A stretch of DNA of 63,516 bases from Bacteroidota bacterium (GCA_021299855.1 JAJTEY010000010.1:1-63516), one strand, 5' to 3'. Counted from the stretch's first letter, positions 38,380-47,760 are shown. The notes: generated by a model from the letters alone, not told the origin. Numbers and translations are program-made.

Positions 38380-39567
38380 ATGTCAACGAATCTGCAGTTC
38401 CCTGAATTTTTTGAGCCGGTTAAATGGAATGCCATTAACGGCAACTATAATTTTTTATCTACTCAGTTCGGTAGTCTGATCCGCGTGTATAAAGAAGGAG
38501 ACGAATGGCCTGACCTCGACGGAATGCAGTTTGCATTAATCGGAGTCATGGAAGATCGTCGTGCGGTTAATAACAATGGTTGTGCACTCGCTCCCGACCA
38601 CGTGCGCGGATGGTTGTACAAATTGTTTCAGTCCAATTGGGAACTTCGGTGCGCTGATTTAGGCAACATTCGTGCAGGTAATCAACCCGGCGATACCGAC
38701 TTCGCGCTGAAGACTGTTATTGGTTCGTTGTTGCGAAAAAATATTATTCCAATTATAATCGGCGGTGGCAATGAGTTGGCGTATGCACAATATCTCGCGT
38801 ATGAAGCCATCGAACAAACGGTTAATCTTGTATCCATTGATCCGGAATTTGATCTCGGAAGCGCGGATGATGAATTACAGAATAAATCATGGTTGAGTAA
38901 AATCATTTTACATCAACCGAATATGCTGTTCAATTTTTCGAACATCGGTTATCAAACCTATTTCGTGGAACAAAGTACCGTTGATTTAATGGCCAAATTG
39001 AATTTCGATGTACATCGTTTGGGGCAATGCCGCGCGAAGTTGGAAGATATTGAACCCATTATTCGCAATGCCGATATGGTGGCTTTTGATATGAGTTCAA
39101 TTCGCCGATCTGAATCTCCCGCGCACGAGCAAGCCGGTCCGAACGGATTCACGGGTGACGAAGCATGTCGCCTGGCCCGCTACGCCGGTATCAGCGATAA
39201 ATGTTCTTCATTCGGTATTTACGAAATGAACCCGGCCTACGACCAGAGCGGTCAAACGGCGCATTTGGTGGCGCAGATGGTTTGGTGTTTTCTGGAAGGC
39301 TACTACAACCGAAAAAAAGATTATCCGTTCACCGATATTTCAGAATACACGAAATACAGAGTGTTTCTGAAGGATCATAAACATGAAATCGTCTTTTACA
39401 AAAGTTCCAAAAGCGATCGTTGGTGGATGGAAGTTCCTTATCCGCCCAATCAACGCCTCAAATTTGAACGACACGCACTCGTGCCCTGCACCTACAGCGA
39501 TTATCAATTGGCCTGCGAGGAAGAAATGCCGGATCGTTGGTGGCAAACTTTTCAAAAACTCTTCTAA
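38380..39567 (+). CDS. arginase/formimidoylglutamase-fold protein, metal-ligand motifs apparently degenerate
   Basis: 395 aa. The ureohydrolase-like layout is recognisable (IIPIIIGGGNE.., LVSIDPEFD, VAFDMSS), but GGDHS, DAHxD and SxDxDxxDP are not conserved as read by eye. Confidence 0.55.
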   Translation: MSTNLQFPEFFEPVKWNAINGNYNFLSTQFGSLIRVYKEGDEWPDLDGMQFALIGVMEDRRAVNNNGCALAPDHVRGWLYKLFQSNWELRCADLGNIRAGNQPGDTDFALKTVIGSLLRKNIIPIIIGGGNELAYAQYLAYEAIEQTVNLVSIDPEFDLGSADDELQNKSWLSKIILHQPNMLFNFSNIGYQTYFVEQSTVDLMAKLNFDVHRLGQCRAKLEDIEPIIRNADMVAFDMSSIRRSESPAHEQAGPNGFTGDEACRLARYAGISDKCSSFGIYEMNPAYDQSGQTAHLVAQMVWCFLEGYYNRKKDYPFTDISEYTKYRVFLKDHKHEIVFYKSSKSDRWWMEVPYPPNQRLKFERHALVPCTYSDYQLACEEEMPDRWWQTFQKLF

Positions 39568-39771
39568 CATTTTCAAAATCCTGTATCTTTTTGAAAATAG
39601 AGGAGTTATATCTCCCAAACGGGTATCTTAGGACTCCTTTTTTAACAAATTATGCCCTTTTTAACAGGTTGAGGTTAAAAAAGATTTGTTTTGTTATTGA
39701 GGATATCTATCTTAGCGACCTAAGTGTATTCTGTAAAGACCAGAAATTAAGACAGGAAAAATAAATTCATT

Positions 39772-40509
39772 ATGAAGAAAACCCTTACCACTATTGCGCT
39801 TGCGCTAGGTGTAATGAGCGGATTTGCTCAGCAAGACCCGCAATTTTCTCAGTACATGTACAACAAAATGTTCATGAATCCGGCTTATGCGGGCATGCGT
39901 CAGGCGTTGTGCGGTACATTAATCGCCCGTCAACAGTGGAGCGGGTTTGATGGAGCACCTCAAAGCGGTGTGCTTTCTATCGACGGCTACGTTCCTCCAT
40001 TGCGTGGTGGTTTAGGCCTAAACGTAATGTATGATAAGCTTGGTTTCGAACAAACCATGGCTTACCGTTTAGCATACTCATTTCATATTAATGATGTAGG
40101 TGGCGGAACATTGGGTATCGGTATCGAAGCCGGCGCTGTGAGTAAGCGTATCGGACCAACAGGTACTAACCAGTGGATTGCTACTACAAACTGGCAGAAC
40201 GACGTGGCTATTCCTCCTCCGGTTATGGCAAAAACAACTTTTGACATAGGATTTGGATTGTGGTATCAGCGCCAGAATTTGTGGATTGGTTTATCTTCTA
40301 CTCACTTGCCGGCGAATACAATTGATGACGGTACTATACCATATGGCACACCTCCTGTTACACACAATTTAGTGTATAACATGGCGCGCCACTACTTTAT
40401 TACGGGTGGATACAACTGGGAAACCGGTGGAGCTTGGTCTATCCGTCCGTCTTTTTTAGTAAAATCTGATGCTACAGTTACTACTTTTGATGTTAAGAGT
40501 TATTCTTGA
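39772..40509 (+). CDS. porP: PorP/SprF family type IX secretion system membrane protein, apparently C-terminally truncated
   Basis: 245 aa with signal peptide and the family N-terminal signature AQQDPQFSQYMYNKMFMNPAYAG. Sits upstream of gldK as in porP-porKLMN loci. Ends ..FDVKSYS without the usual C-terminal strands or terminal aromatic residue. Confidence 0.75.
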   Translation: MKKTLTTIALALGVMSGFAQQDPQFSQYMYNKMFMNPAYAGMRQALCGTLIARQQWSGFDGAPQSGVLSIDGYVPPLRGGLGLNVMYDKLGFEQTMAYRLAYSFHINDVGGGTLGIGIEAGAVSKRIGPTGTNQWIATTNWQNDVAIPPPVMAKTTFDIGFGLWYQRQNLWIGLSSTHLPANTIDDGTIPYGTPPVTHNLVYNMARHYFITGGYNWETGGAWSIRPSFLVKSDATVTTFDVKSYS

Positions 40510-40642
40510 ACTACTGTCATCCGATCGAAATCACGCCGAAGCGTGAAGGTCACGGGGACGTTCGTTTGTTCGACTAATAAGCAAATTGATCAAATTGTAA
40601 CCTGACCGAAACAATTACCGTAGAAGCGAGTCCTCTCGTTTC

Positions 40643-40675
40643 AAATCGTCGCCTGAAAAAAGTGACGATTTTGTT
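40643..40675 (+). terminator. terminator-like hairpin in the porP-gldK spacer
   Basis: AAATCGTC-13 nt-GACGATTT followed by TGTTG. AU-rich stem with a weak U-tract. Confidence 0.3.
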
Positions 40676-40764
40676 GCAAAGGGAACAATTTACGATGCGG
40701 GAACATCGTTTAATAACAAAGGGAAACAACACTACTAACTAAAAGGGAAACTAAAGGAGGCAAA

Positions 40765-42195
40765 ATGAAACGTATCTTGATCGTTGGCATGGCTGCATTA
40801 CTGCTGAGCTCTTGTTCACAAGAGAATGGTCAGTTGATGGGCGTGCAGGACAGACCGGCATGGTATCCGTTTGACCCGTATGGAATGTTATACTGTCCTA
40901 TGGGCAGTTACAACATGGGGCCAAGCGATGAGGACATCCCGTACGCACACACCACCAAATCCAAAACGGTCTCTGTGCAGGCATTCTACATGGACCAAAC
41001 CGAGATATCTAATAACGAGTACCGCCAGTTCGTTTACTGGGTGCGTGACTCGATCGCTCGTCGTCTTTTGTCTGAAGTAGCAGAAGAAGATTGGTTAATC
41101 ATGGAAGAAGACTTTATCGGTTACGAGGACAATGGTCCTGTGTACATTGATGAAGATTATCCTGAAGATCCTTATCGTCCGTTAAATTGGGAAATGCGCT
41201 TGCGTTGGGATGAGACCGATCCTGAATTAAAAGCTGCATTGGATCCAATGTACTTACCTGCTGAAGAGCGCTTTTATCGTCGTAAAGAAATCGACACACG
41301 TCGTTTGATTTACGAATATTATCGTATAGACTTGCGCACGGCATCTCAGAAGTCTAACCGTTACATTCCAAAAACTACTCCGGGACCAAACGGACGTCAG
41401 TTTCCTACTCGCGAAGTTGGATCTTATAACGTTACTTCTAAAGAAGGTAGTAAGAGCAACGTAAATCGTAGCGTATTCATTATAAAAGACGTAATTCCTG
41501 TTTATCCGGATACGTTGGCATGGATCCACGATTTCACATACAGTTTTAACGAGCCAATGACCAATATGTATTTTTGGCATCCGGCTTATGATGATTATCC
41601 GGTCGTAAACGTAACCTGGAAACAAGCTCGTGCATTCTGTGTATGGCGCACCATGTTGTTAAACTGTTTCTTAAGTGGAGACGGTGAAGCAACTGTTCAG
41701 GATTTCCGTTTACCAACTGAATCTGAGTGGGAATATGCGGCTCGTGGCGGTCTGCAGTTGTCACCATTCCCTTGGGGTGGTCCGTATATCCGTAACGCAC
41801 GTGGATGTTTCTTAGGAAACTTTAAACCAATGCGCGGTTCTTATATCGACGACGGTGGTTTCCACACAGTTAAGATTTTCTCATACAACCCGAACGATTG
41901 GGGCTTCTATTGCATGGCGGGTAACGCAGCAGAGTGGACGTCCAACGCGTTCGATGAATCTGCTTACGATTTCATGCACGACTTGAACCCTGATTACCAG
42001 TATGAAACTACTGTGCAGGAAGAACAAGTTCCTGTATTGTGCCGTAAAGTAATTCGTGGAGGATCGTGGAAAGATGCAGGTTTCTATTTGCAGAACAGTA
42101 CTCGATCATACGAATATCAGGACACAGCCAAGTGTTATGTAGGATTCCGTTGTGCAATGACCTTCTTGGGGCGTTCGAAGGATGACGATTTATAA
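40765..42195 (+). CDS. gldK: gliding motility lipoprotein GldK (T9SS PorK)
   Basis: 476 aa with lipoprotein signal (..ALLLSSC) and an FGE-sulfatase/SUMF1-like domain (FYMDQTEISNNEYRQF, RLPTESEWEYAARGG, VIRGGSW). Followed by gldL, gldM and gldN. Confidence 0.92.
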   Translation: MKRILIVGMAALLLSSCSQENGQLMGVQDRPAWYPFDPYGMLYCPMGSYNMGPSDEDIPYAHTTKSKTVSVQAFYMDQTEISNNEYRQFVYWVRDSIARRLLSEVAEEDWLIMEEDFIGYEDNGPVYIDEDYPEDPYRPLNWEMRLRWDETDPELKAALDPMYLPAEERFYRRKEIDTRRLIYEYYRIDLRTASQKSNRYIPKTTPGPNGRQFPTREVGSYNVTSKEGSKSNVNRSVFIIKDVIPVYPDTLAWIHDFTYSFNEPMTNMYFWHPAYDDYPVVNVTWKQARAFCVWRTMLLNCFLSGDGEATVQDFRLPTESEWEYAARGGLQLSPFPWGGPYIRNARGCFLGNFKPMRGSYIDDGGFHTVKIFSYNPNDWGFYCMAGNAAEWTSNAFDESAYDFMHDLNPDYQYETTVQEEQVPVLCRKVIRGGSWKDAGFYLQNSTRSYEYQDTAKCYVGFRCAMTFLGRSKDDDL

Positions 42196-42257
42196 ATGGA
42201 AATTAACAAACCAAGCAATAATTCTTTTTTAACTAACCTAACAAACAAGTAGAAAAA

Positions 42258-43121
42258 ATGAGCGGTAACAGTCTCTTTGCAAGTAAGAAGTGGAAGAACT
42301 TCATGGCGAAGTTGTATGGTTTCGGTGCAGCAGTCGTAATCGTTGGAGCGTTGTTTAAAATCCAACACTGGCCGGGTGCAGGTTTAATGTTGATCGTGGG
42401 TCTTGGAACAGAGGCCGTGATCTTCATTTTCTCTGCATTTGAACCATTACATGAAGAATACGATTGGACATTAGTGTACCCTGAATTGGGTGGTATGCAA
42501 GACGAAGAAGGCCGTTCACAAGGTAAGGCAATTGGCGGAGGAGATAATTTGACTCAACAATTGGACAAAATGTTGGAAGAGGCTAAGATTGGTCCTGAAT
42601 TGTTGGAGAGCCTGGGAACAGGAATGCGGAATTTGAGCGATAGTGCTGCTAGGTTGGGTGAAATCGCTGATGCAAGTGTTGCTTCAAAAGATTTCTCTGA
42701 CGGATTGGTAAAAGCTACAGATAGCGTTGGTCGTTTGTCTCAGGCGTACGAGCGCGCTAACGAGAGCGTTTCTTCTTCAGTTGATTCATTGGCTGATGCG
42801 TATTCTCGCGCCTCTAAGACTTTGGAATCGTTTGCTGTTGCAAATGATGAAGCAGCTTCGTATAACGATCAGTTGTCTAAAGTATCGAAGAACTTATCTG
42901 CCTTGAACGCAGCATACGAGTTGCAATTGCAGGGTTCAAACGAACACTTGAAAGCTACTAATATATTGTATGAAGGTATCCAATCTATATTGTCTAATCT
43001 GAACGAATCTGTCGAAGATACTCGCAAGTATCGTTCTGAGATCAACAACTTGGCAGAGAATCTTGAAGCTCTCAACACCGTTTACGGTAACATGTTGACT
43101 GCGATGAACGTTCGTCGCTAA
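42258..43121 (+). CDS. gldL: gliding motility protein GldL (T9SS PorL)
   Basis: 287 aa. The N-terminal two-TM module KLYGFGAAVVIVGALFKIQHWPGAGLMLIVGLGTEAVIFIFSAFEP is diagnostic of GldL. Confidence 0.9.
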   Translation: MSGNSLFASKKWKNFMAKLYGFGAAVVIVGALFKIQHWPGAGLMLIVGLGTEAVIFIFSAFEPLHEEYDWTLVYPELGGMQDEEGRSQGKAIGGGDNLTQQLDKMLEEAKIGPELLESLGTGMRNLSDSAARLGEIADASVASKDFSDGLVKATDSVGRLSQAYERANESVSSSVDSLADAYSRASKTLESFAVANDEAASYNDQLSKVSKNLSALNAAYELQLQGSNEHLKATNILYEGIQSILSNLNESVEDTRKYRSEINNLAENLEALNTVYGNMLTAMNVRR

Positions 43122-43169
43122 TAGATCTGTTTATTTATTAATAAGAACCTAATAAGGAGATTATAGAAA

Positions 43170-44789
43170 ATGGCTGGAGGTAAACAGAGTCCGCGTCAAA
43201 AGATGATTGGTATGATGTACTTGGTACTCACCGCACTTTTGGCGCTGAACGTGTCCAAAGAGATTATCACCTCGTTCATTGTTATCGAATCCGGTTTGAT
43301 TCAAACCAATAAGGGTATCGAGAACAAGAACGGTGTATTGTATTCGCAATTCGATCTGGCTAAACTCAATGACGAGAAAAAGGCCGGCCCTTTCTTTGAT
43401 AAAGCGATGAAAATTAAAGCTGAGTCGAAGAAACTGTATGATTTTATTCAGAATCTGAAGGCAGAATTGAAAATGAACGTAGAAGGATTGCCCGACAAAA
43501 AGATCGGCGATACTATGCAGTCTATTTTCATTGCAAAACCGGATGATTATGATATCCCAACAAACTACATGATCGGTGAAGATCCGGCGAATGTTACCGG
43601 AAAAGCAAAAGATCTTAAGGCTGAGATGTCCAAGTACAAGAAATTCCTGGAAGATCAATTGGCTCCTGATCAAAAGGAGAAGTTGAAAAACAACCTGGCA
43701 ACTCTTGATACTAAAGACCAATACTCAAAGGACAACGAAAAAATGGTGTCTTGGGAATGGTACAACTTCTATCATATGCCTATTACTGCAATGTTGGCTA
43801 ACCTAACACGTCTTCAGATTAACGTGAAGAATGCTGAAGGTGATGTTGTTGCAGAATTGTTGTCTTCTGTATCTAAGAACGACTTTAAGTTCGATACACT
43901 TGCAGCAAAAGTTGTAGCACCAACTTCTTATGTATTGTCAGGAGATAAGTATCGTGCGGATCTATTCGTTGCAGCGTTCAGTACTACCCAAGATCCTCAG
44001 ATATGGTTGTGTGACTATGACTCGGTGACAAAAGTGCCCAAAGGACCAATTGACTCTACTTCGGTAAAGGTTAACCGCGGTATTGGAACTTATGAAGTTC
44101 CTGCAGCTGCTGTTGGTTTGCAAAAGTGGTCAGGGTTGATCCGTGTGAAGAAGCCGGATAACACTTTCGAGTCATATCCATTTAAGTCTGAGTATATCGT
44201 TGCTGCTCCGTCTGCTGCGGTATTCCTGGAAAAGATGAACGTGTTCTACATCGGAGTTGATAATCCTATCAGCATTTCTGCTGCGGGTGTTGCTCCTTCA
44301 GATTTACAGCCAAGCCTTAGCGGCGGTTCTATGAGCCCTGCAGGCAAGCCAGGAAGCTACATTGTGCGTGTAACAGGTGGAACAGAAGCAACAATTAACG
44401 TTGGTGCTAAATTGAACGGTATTAATAAACCAATGGGATCTTTTAAGTTTCGTGTTAAGCGTGTGCCTGATCCGGTTGCCTATGTCGGAAACATTAAGGG
44501 CGATGGTCAGATGACGAAAGCGGAATTGTTAGGACAGAGTGGCGTATTTGCTCGTATGGAAAACTTTGATTTCGACCTTTCGTTCAAAGTGGTATCATTT
44601 GTGATGTCAATGAATGTTAACGGTGCATTCGTAGAAAAGAAGGGCTCAGGTCCAGCGTTAACCGGCGACATGAAATCATTGTTACAAGGTGTTAAGCCGG
44701 GCAACAAAGTATTTTTTGAGCAAGTAACTGTTCAGGGGCCAGACGGATCACTCCGTAAGATTCCGGGTGTTAACATCAAAGTGAAATAA
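43170..44789 (+). CDS. gldM: gliding motility protein GldM (T9SS PorM)
   Basis: 539 aa with the N-terminal signature MAGGKQSPRQKMIGMMYLVLTALLALNVSKEI followed by a large periplasmic region. Confidence 0.92.
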   Translation: MAGGKQSPRQKMIGMMYLVLTALLALNVSKEIITSFIVIESGLIQTNKGIENKNGVLYSQFDLAKLNDEKKAGPFFDKAMKIKAESKKLYDFIQNLKAELKMNVEGLPDKKIGDTMQSIFIAKPDDYDIPTNYMIGEDPANVTGKAKDLKAEMSKYKKFLEDQLAPDQKEKLKNNLATLDTKDQYSKDNEKMVSWEWYNFYHMPITAMLANLTRLQINVKNAEGDVVAELLSSVSKNDFKFDTLAAKVVAPTSYVLSGDKYRADLFVAAFSTTQDPQIWLCDYDSVTKVPKGPIDSTSVKVNRGIGTYEVPAAAVGLQKWSGLIRVKKPDNTFESYPFKSEYIVAAPSAAVFLEKMNVFYIGVDNPISISAAGVAPSDLQPSLSGGSMSPAGKPGSYIVRVTGGTEATINVGAKLNGINKPMGSFKFRVKRVPDPVAYVGNIKGDGQMTKAELLGQSGVFARMENFDFDLSFKVVSFVMSMNVNGAFVEKKGSGPALTGDMKSLLQGVKPGNKVFFEQVTVQGPDGSLRKIPGVNIKVK

Positions 44790-44812
44790 CAACTACAAGG
44801 GAGGAACTACAA

Positions 44813-45673
44813 ATGAAAACGATCAAAAGTATTCTGATTGCAGCATTTCTACTGCTTATTGGCAGTACTGCTGACGCACAGGTACTCGATCCGAATTTTC
44901 CGGATCAGGTGTACATGAAGGAGAATACACGTGCGCGTAAGCCAATTCCGTACACGCATCTTCGTGAAGCGGACGTCATGTGGTCGAAGCGTGTGTGGAG
45001 AACTATCGATTTGCGAGAGAAGTTTAATCATCCGCTGTATTATCCGGAAACGCGTATCAACGATCGTCGTTCTCTGTTTGATGTGATCAAAGACGCATTA
45101 TTAACCGGAGAAATCACTGCATTCGATAATCCTGTATTGGATGACGAATTCAAGGTGAAAATGTCGAAGGTTCAGGTGGAAGGAATGTTTACGCAGTGGG
45201 ATTCTACAAATCAGGTAGAAGATCCTAACAATCCGGGAACATTCATTATTTCTCCTATCCGTATCGATCTTAACTCTAACTCTGTAAAGGCGTATTGGAT
45301 TAAGGAAGATTGGTTCTTCGATAAGCAGCGTTCCGTAATGGACGTCCGTATTTTGGGTTTATGTCCTTTGCGTGAAAAAGCTGATCCATCAACCGGTGAA
45401 GTTGTAGGCTTCTTACCATTGTTCTGGGTGTATTTCCCACAGTGTCGTCCAGTTTTTGCAAAAGCAGAAGTTTATAATATGAAGAATGATGCAGAGCGTC
45501 GTTCATTGGATGATACATTTTGGAAACGCATGTTTCAGAGCTATATACATAAGGAAAGTAATGTCTACGACCGTACTATACCTGCGTATTATACAGGCTT
45601 GGATGCATTGTTGGAAGCAGATCGCGTAAAAGACGATATATTCAAGGTGGAGCACGATTTGTGGCACTTCTAA
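44813..45673 (+). CDS. gldN: gliding motility protein GldN (T9SS PorN), copy 1
   Basis: 286 aa with signal peptide. Conserved blocks: READVMWSKRVWRTIDLREKFNHPLYYP, YWIKEDWFFDKQRSVMDVRILG.CP, ESNVYDR and a C-terminal HDLWHF. Confidence 0.9.
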   Translation: MKTIKSILIAAFLLLIGSTADAQVLDPNFPDQVYMKENTRARKPIPYTHLREADVMWSKRVWRTIDLREKFNHPLYYPETRINDRRSLFDVIKDALLTGEITAFDNPVLDDEFKVKMSKVQVEGMFTQWDSTNQVEDPNNPGTFIISPIRIDLNSNSVKAYWIKEDWFFDKQRSVMDVRILGLCPLREKADPSTGEVVGFLPLFWVYFPQCRPVFAKAEVYNMKNDAERRSLDDTFWKRMFQSYIHKESNVYDRTIPAYYTGLDALLEADRVKDDIFKVEHDLWHF

Positions 45674-45682
45674 ACGAAAAAT

Positions 45683-45716
45683 AAAATCCCACTGAAAAGC
45701 GGGATTTTATTTTTTG
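45683..45716 (+). terminator. intrinsic terminator after gldN copy 1
   Basis: AAAATCCC-actgaaaagc-GGGATTTTATTTTTT. Confidence 0.7.
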
Positions 45717-45751
45717 CAAAAAAAGTCATTCGAAAGAGTGACTTTTTTTTT
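45717..45751 (+). terminator. second tandem terminator-like hairpin after gldN copy 1
   Basis: AAAAGTCA-ttcgaaagag-TGACTTTTTTTTT. Confidence 0.6.
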
Positions 45752-45798
45752 ATTGCGGTATATGCTTCTAAAGTTCACAAATAAGAAGGGAGCACTAT

Positions 45799-46686
45799 AT
45801 GTATCGTCAACTATCAAATCATCAAAGCAGAAAAACATATCGCGTATTTGTAATTCTATGTTTTGGATTGATTATGAATCTGGTTTCAAGACAATTATTC
45901 GGACAGTCCGATTTCGGTGAAACATTTTACGTTAAAGAAAATACACGCACCCGTAAACCAATTCGATACGTACATGAACGTGAAGCAGATATTATGTGGT
46001 CGAAGCGCGTTTGGAGAACGATCGATTTGCGTGAGAAGTTTAATCATCCTTTATATTTCCCTGAAACACCTACAAATCCACGTTTGAGTTTGTTTGATGT
46101 GATCAAAAAAGGTTTAATAGAAGGGTCTATTTACGCGTATGACAATCCTGTTTTTGATGATGAATTCAAAGTGCGAATGACTACTGCACAAGTAGCTCAG
46201 TTGTTCACCTGGTACGATTCTACTAATTTGGTTGCTGATCCGTACAATCCGGATAACATGATTCAGGCGCCAATTCAGTACAATTTAACTGCTAATATGA
46301 TTAAGCAGTATTGGGTGAAAGAAGATTGGTTTTGGGATCGTCAGCGTTCTGTGATGGATGTTCGGATAATCGGTATTTGTCCGTTGCAGGAAAAGACGGA
46401 TGCTGCAGGCGAAGTGATTGGTTACAAACCTTTATTCTGGTTGTACTTTCCGGCATGTCGCGATTTGTTTGCTCGTCATGAAGTATTCAATACAAAGAAT
46501 GATGCGCAACGTTTATCGTTTGATGATGTGTTTCATAAAAGAATGTTCGGTAGTTATGTGCGTAAAGAAAGCAACGTTTACGATCGCACAATCGAGTCGT
46601 ATGCTCCGGGTCTAGATGCCTTGCTGGAAGCGGATCGCGTGAAGGAAGATATTTTTAAGACTGAACACGACATGTGGCATTTTTAA
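45799..46686 (+). CDS. GldN paralog, copy 2 (GldO-like)
   Basis: 295 aa with the same conserved blocks as copy 1 (READIMWSKRVWRTIDLREKFNHPLYFP, YWVKEDWFWDRQRSVMDVRIIGICP, ..HDMWHF). Has its own hydrophobic N-terminus. Confidence 0.88.
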   Translation: MYRQLSNHQSRKTYRVFVILCFGLIMNLVSRQLFGQSDFGETFYVKENTRTRKPIRYVHEREADIMWSKRVWRTIDLREKFNHPLYFPETPTNPRLSLFDVIKKGLIEGSIYAYDNPVFDDEFKVRMTTAQVAQLFTWYDSTNLVADPYNPDNMIQAPIQYNLTANMIKQYWVKEDWFWDRQRSVMDVRIIGICPLQEKTDAAGEVIGYKPLFWLYFPACRDLFARHEVFNTKNDAQRLSFDDVFHKRMFGSYVRKESNVYDRTIESYAPGLDALLEADRVKEDIFKTEHDMWHF

Positions 46687-46703
46687 GTCGTGTCTTTTGC
46701 GCG

Positions 46704-46734
46704 CGGAGTCATCGTTTCGGTGGCTCCGTTTTTT
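46704..46734 (+). terminator. intrinsic terminator after gldN copy 2
   Basis: CGGAGTCATCG-tttc-GGTGGCTCCG (with G-U pairs) followed by TTTTTT. Confidence 0.6.
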
Positions 46735-46830
46735 ACGGCATACTATTTGAATGAATACTTACGTTAGTATATTAATCTATGGAACAACATTTACATCTGT
46801 TTTACTTAATTCATTTGAAAGGAGTACACG

Positions 46831-47760
46831 ATGAAGATGCATGTTCATTCCAAACGCACTGCACGTACTGTCGCTGTTGTATATACGGAGCTATCCGTAG
46901 CAATTAAGGTGTTGCTGTTTTTTATTGCACTATTTTTTGCGGTTCAGGTGTCCGCGCAGAATCCATGTATTGCTGTGGACAACGGATTAATTATAGGTCC
47001 CGAATCTCACGGAGCAACAAAAATGCGTAAGCCGGTTCCTTATCCGCACGTGCGTGAAGCTGATGTAATGTGGGCGCAACGTATTTGGAGGACGCTGGAC
47101 CTTCGCGAGAAAATGAATCATCCGTATTATTATCCGGAAGTGCCAAACGGAGGATTGATGAGTTTATTTGATATCATCAAAGGCTCTGTTTTAGGCGGAT
47201 GTGTTACTGCATTTGATAATCCCGTGTTGGATGATGAGTTTAAAGTGAAGATGACCGCGGAACAAGTCAGTAATTTGCTGATCAGTAAAGACGTGGTGGA
47301 CGTAGAAGATCCTTTCAATCCGGGAACGTATCGTCGCGACACGATCGTCACTGAAATACAGTCATCGGATGTGTTGGCATACTGGATTAAAGAAGACTGG
47401 TTTTTTGATAAACAGCGTTCAGTAATGGATGTGCGTATTCTGGGGATTTGTCCACTGGTTGCGAAGAAAGATCCGAACTCAGGTGAAGCTATTGGTTATC
47501 GTCCGTTATTCTGGATTTACTTTCCTCAACTGCGTCCGGTGTTGGTTCGGCATGAGGTGTATATCGGACAGAATTTCGCGCAACGTTTGAGCTACGATGA
47601 TATTTTCACGAAACGATTCTTTGCCAGTTACATTCACAAGCAATCGAATGTTTACGATAGAAGTGTGTCGTCTTATTTGACAGGTCTAGACGCGTTATTG
47701 GAGTCGGAAGCCATCAAAGAAAATATCATGAATTTTGAGCACGATCTCTGGCATTTTTAA
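46831..47760 (+). CDS. GldN paralog, copy 3
   Basis: 309 aa with a longer N-terminus containing a TM/signal segment (VLLFFIALFFAVQVSAQ). Same conserved blocks (READVMWAQRIWRTLDLREKMNHPYYYP, YWIKEDWFFDKQRSVMDVRILGICP, ..HDLWHF). AAAGGAG lies upstream. Confidence 0.88.
   Translation: MKMHVHSKRTARTVAVVYTELSVAIKVLLFFIALFFAVQVSAQNPCIAVDNGLIIGPESHGATKMRKPVPYPHVREADVMWAQRIWRTLDLREKMNHPYYYPEVPNGGLMSLFDIIKGSVLGGCVTAFDNPVLDDEFKVKMTAEQVSNLLISKDVVDVEDPFNPGTYRRDTIVTEIQSSDVLAYWIKEDWFFDKQRSVMDVRILGICPLVAKKDPNSGEAIGYRPLFWIYFPQLRPVLVRHEVYIGQNFAQRLSYDDIFTKRFFASYIHKQSNVYDRSVSSYLTGLDALLESEAIKENIMNFEHDLWHF

Noticed and set aside
39569-39645. ATTTTCAAAA-10 nt-TTTTGAAAAT inverted repeat and AGGAGT..ACTCCTTTTTT after the arginase-like gene, considered as terminators
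   Set aside because: The first stem is entirely A/U with no U-tract. The second has a 26-nt unstructured loop. Both are too weak to call confidently.
43161-43721. 186-aa minus-strand ORF overlapping the 5' third of gldM
   Set aside because: It is fully embedded antisense in a strongly supported conserved gene. Its Leu/Phe/Ile-rich composition is typical of antisense frames in AT-rich coding DNA.
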